This document shows, one piece after another, positions 63,086-64,000 of a DNA stretch of 64,000 nt. Where the stretch lies: contig JAYQGE010000001.1 in assembly GCA_038140435.1 (NCBI GenBank), positions 16,228 through 80,227 on the forward strand, read 5' to 3'. Every line of letters begins with the position of its first letter. Position 1 is the stretch's first letter. The position numbers and the translations under genes are program-made. Below the pieces are notes generated by a model that had not been told where the DNA came from, made no database searches, and worked only from the letters and a program-made list of their open reading frames with translations. The stretch comes from Rhodospirillaceae bacterium (lineage in GTDB: Bacteria > Pseudomonadota > Alphaproteobacteria > UBA6615).

Positions 63086-64000
63086 GCCGGCGGCGGGAGC
63101 CTCTCGCGCCGGCGCGGGTCAGCCGCTACTTCGAGGCCTTCCTGGAACTGCTGCTCGCCGAACGCGGTGCCTCGCCGAACACGGTCGCGGCCTATGGACG
63201 TGACCTGGAGGATGCCGCCCGATTTCTGGGCGGTGCCGAATCCCCTCGCCCCGGTATCCTCGACGCAGCCTCGACCGAAGACCTTCGCGCCTATCTGAGG
63301 CATCTCGAGGGTCGCGGCATGTCCGCGCGCACCGCCGCGCGCCGCTTGTCGACGTTGCGCCAGTTCTACCGCTTTCTGTACGCCGACGGTTTGCGCGCCG
63401 ACGATCCGAGCGCCATCCTCGAAAGTCCGCGGCAGGGACGGTCGCTTCCGAAACTGCTCTCCGAGGACGACGTTGCGGCGCTGCTCGATGCCGCCGCCAC
63501 CCGCGACGGACCCGAGGGCAAGCGCCTGTGCGCTCTGGTCGAGCTCTGCTACGCCACGGGCATGCGAGTGACAGAACTGGTCAGCCTTCCCCTGGCTGCC
63601 GTCCAGCGCGATCCGGAAATGCTCATCGTCCGGGGCAAGGGCGACAAGGAACGCATGGTCCCGTTGAGCGAACCGGCCCGCGAGGCCGTTCGCGCCTATC
63701 TCGCGGTGCGCGATGCGTTCGTGCCGGACGGGACGTCGAACCCGTTCCTGTTCGCCGGGCGCGGCGGCAAGCATCTCTCGCGCCAGCGCTTCTTCCAGCT
63801 CCTCAAGGACCTGGCCGCGACTGCGCGGCTCGACCCGCGCAGGGTCAGTCCCCATGTGTTGCGCCACGCGTTCGCAACGCATTTGCTGCATCACGACGCC
63901 GATCTGCGCAGCGTTCAGCAGATGCTCGGCCACGCCGACATCTCGACGACCCAGATCTACACCCATGTGCTCGACGAGCGCATGCGCCGGCTCGTGGCCG
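63082..64000 (+). CDS. xerD: site-specific tyrosine recombinase XerD (3' end lies outside the window)
   Basis: ..LSPNTVAAYGRDL.. N-terminal core-binding domain. Catalytic R..HVLRHAFATHLL..; runs off the window end. Confidence 0.9.
   Translation, partial: MSRRREPLAPARVSRYFEAFLELLLAERGASPNTVAAYGRDLEDAARFLGGAESPRPGILDAASTEDLRAYLRHLEGRGMSARTAARRLSTLRQFYRFLYADGLRADDPSAILESPRQGRSLPKLLSEDDVAALLDAAATRDGPEGKRLCALVELCYATGMRVTELVSLPLAAVQRDPEMLIVRGKGDKERMVPLSEPAREAVRAYLAVRDAFVPDGTSNPFLFAGRGGKHLSRQRFFQLLKDLAATARLDPRRVSPHVLRHAFATHLLHHDADLRSVQQMLGHADISTTQIYTHVLDERMRRLVA

Noticed and set aside
63082-64000. Tyrosine recombinase as a marker of an integrated mobile element
   Set aside because: The sequence is a typical XerD, the chromosome-dimer-resolution recombinase. 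No attachment-site repeats, phage or transposase genes are adjacent.

Overview
This is a GC-rich (about 65-68% by eye) chromosomal segment, most likely from an alphaproteobacterium, and it is densely coding on both strands. Most genes are housekeeping.

Recognisable conserved modules:
- a partial glycosyltransferase plus asparagine synthase at the 5' edge
- an RND efflux pair, whose periplasmic adaptor carries an N-terminal EF-hand pair
- the xseB-ispA-dxs operon
- tlyA plus a RumA/RlmD-type rRNA methyltransferase
- a DUF1007 + NicO-like metal-transporter pair
- aroC, fabI, pdxH, hemA
- methylmalonyl-CoA mutase ... meaB
- rpmB, tgt
- the cobT-cobS-J-domain triad, and aroK-aroB
- xerD at the 3' edge

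No rRNA, tRNA, CRISPR, transposase or prophage signal was seen.

The less ordinary observations:
1. A 1038-aa membrane-anchored coiled-coil protein is translationally coupled to methylmalonyl-CoA mutase. It sits between mcm and an Lrp-family regulator plus meaB, and is followed by a sharply AT-rich island.
2. Two genes carry in-frame stop codons followed by coding-like extensions: a membrane-anchored EAL protein split by TAG, and yihY followed by a 57-codon in-frame extension after TAA.
3. Two copies of a 75-bp double-hairpin dispersed repeat exactly bracket tlyA-rlmD.
4. A cluster of three small cupin genes, two of them tandem paralogues, surrounds hemA, an omega-aminotransferase and an SDR.

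Many long ORFs antisense to real genes are compositional artefacts of the high GC content. I ignored them.
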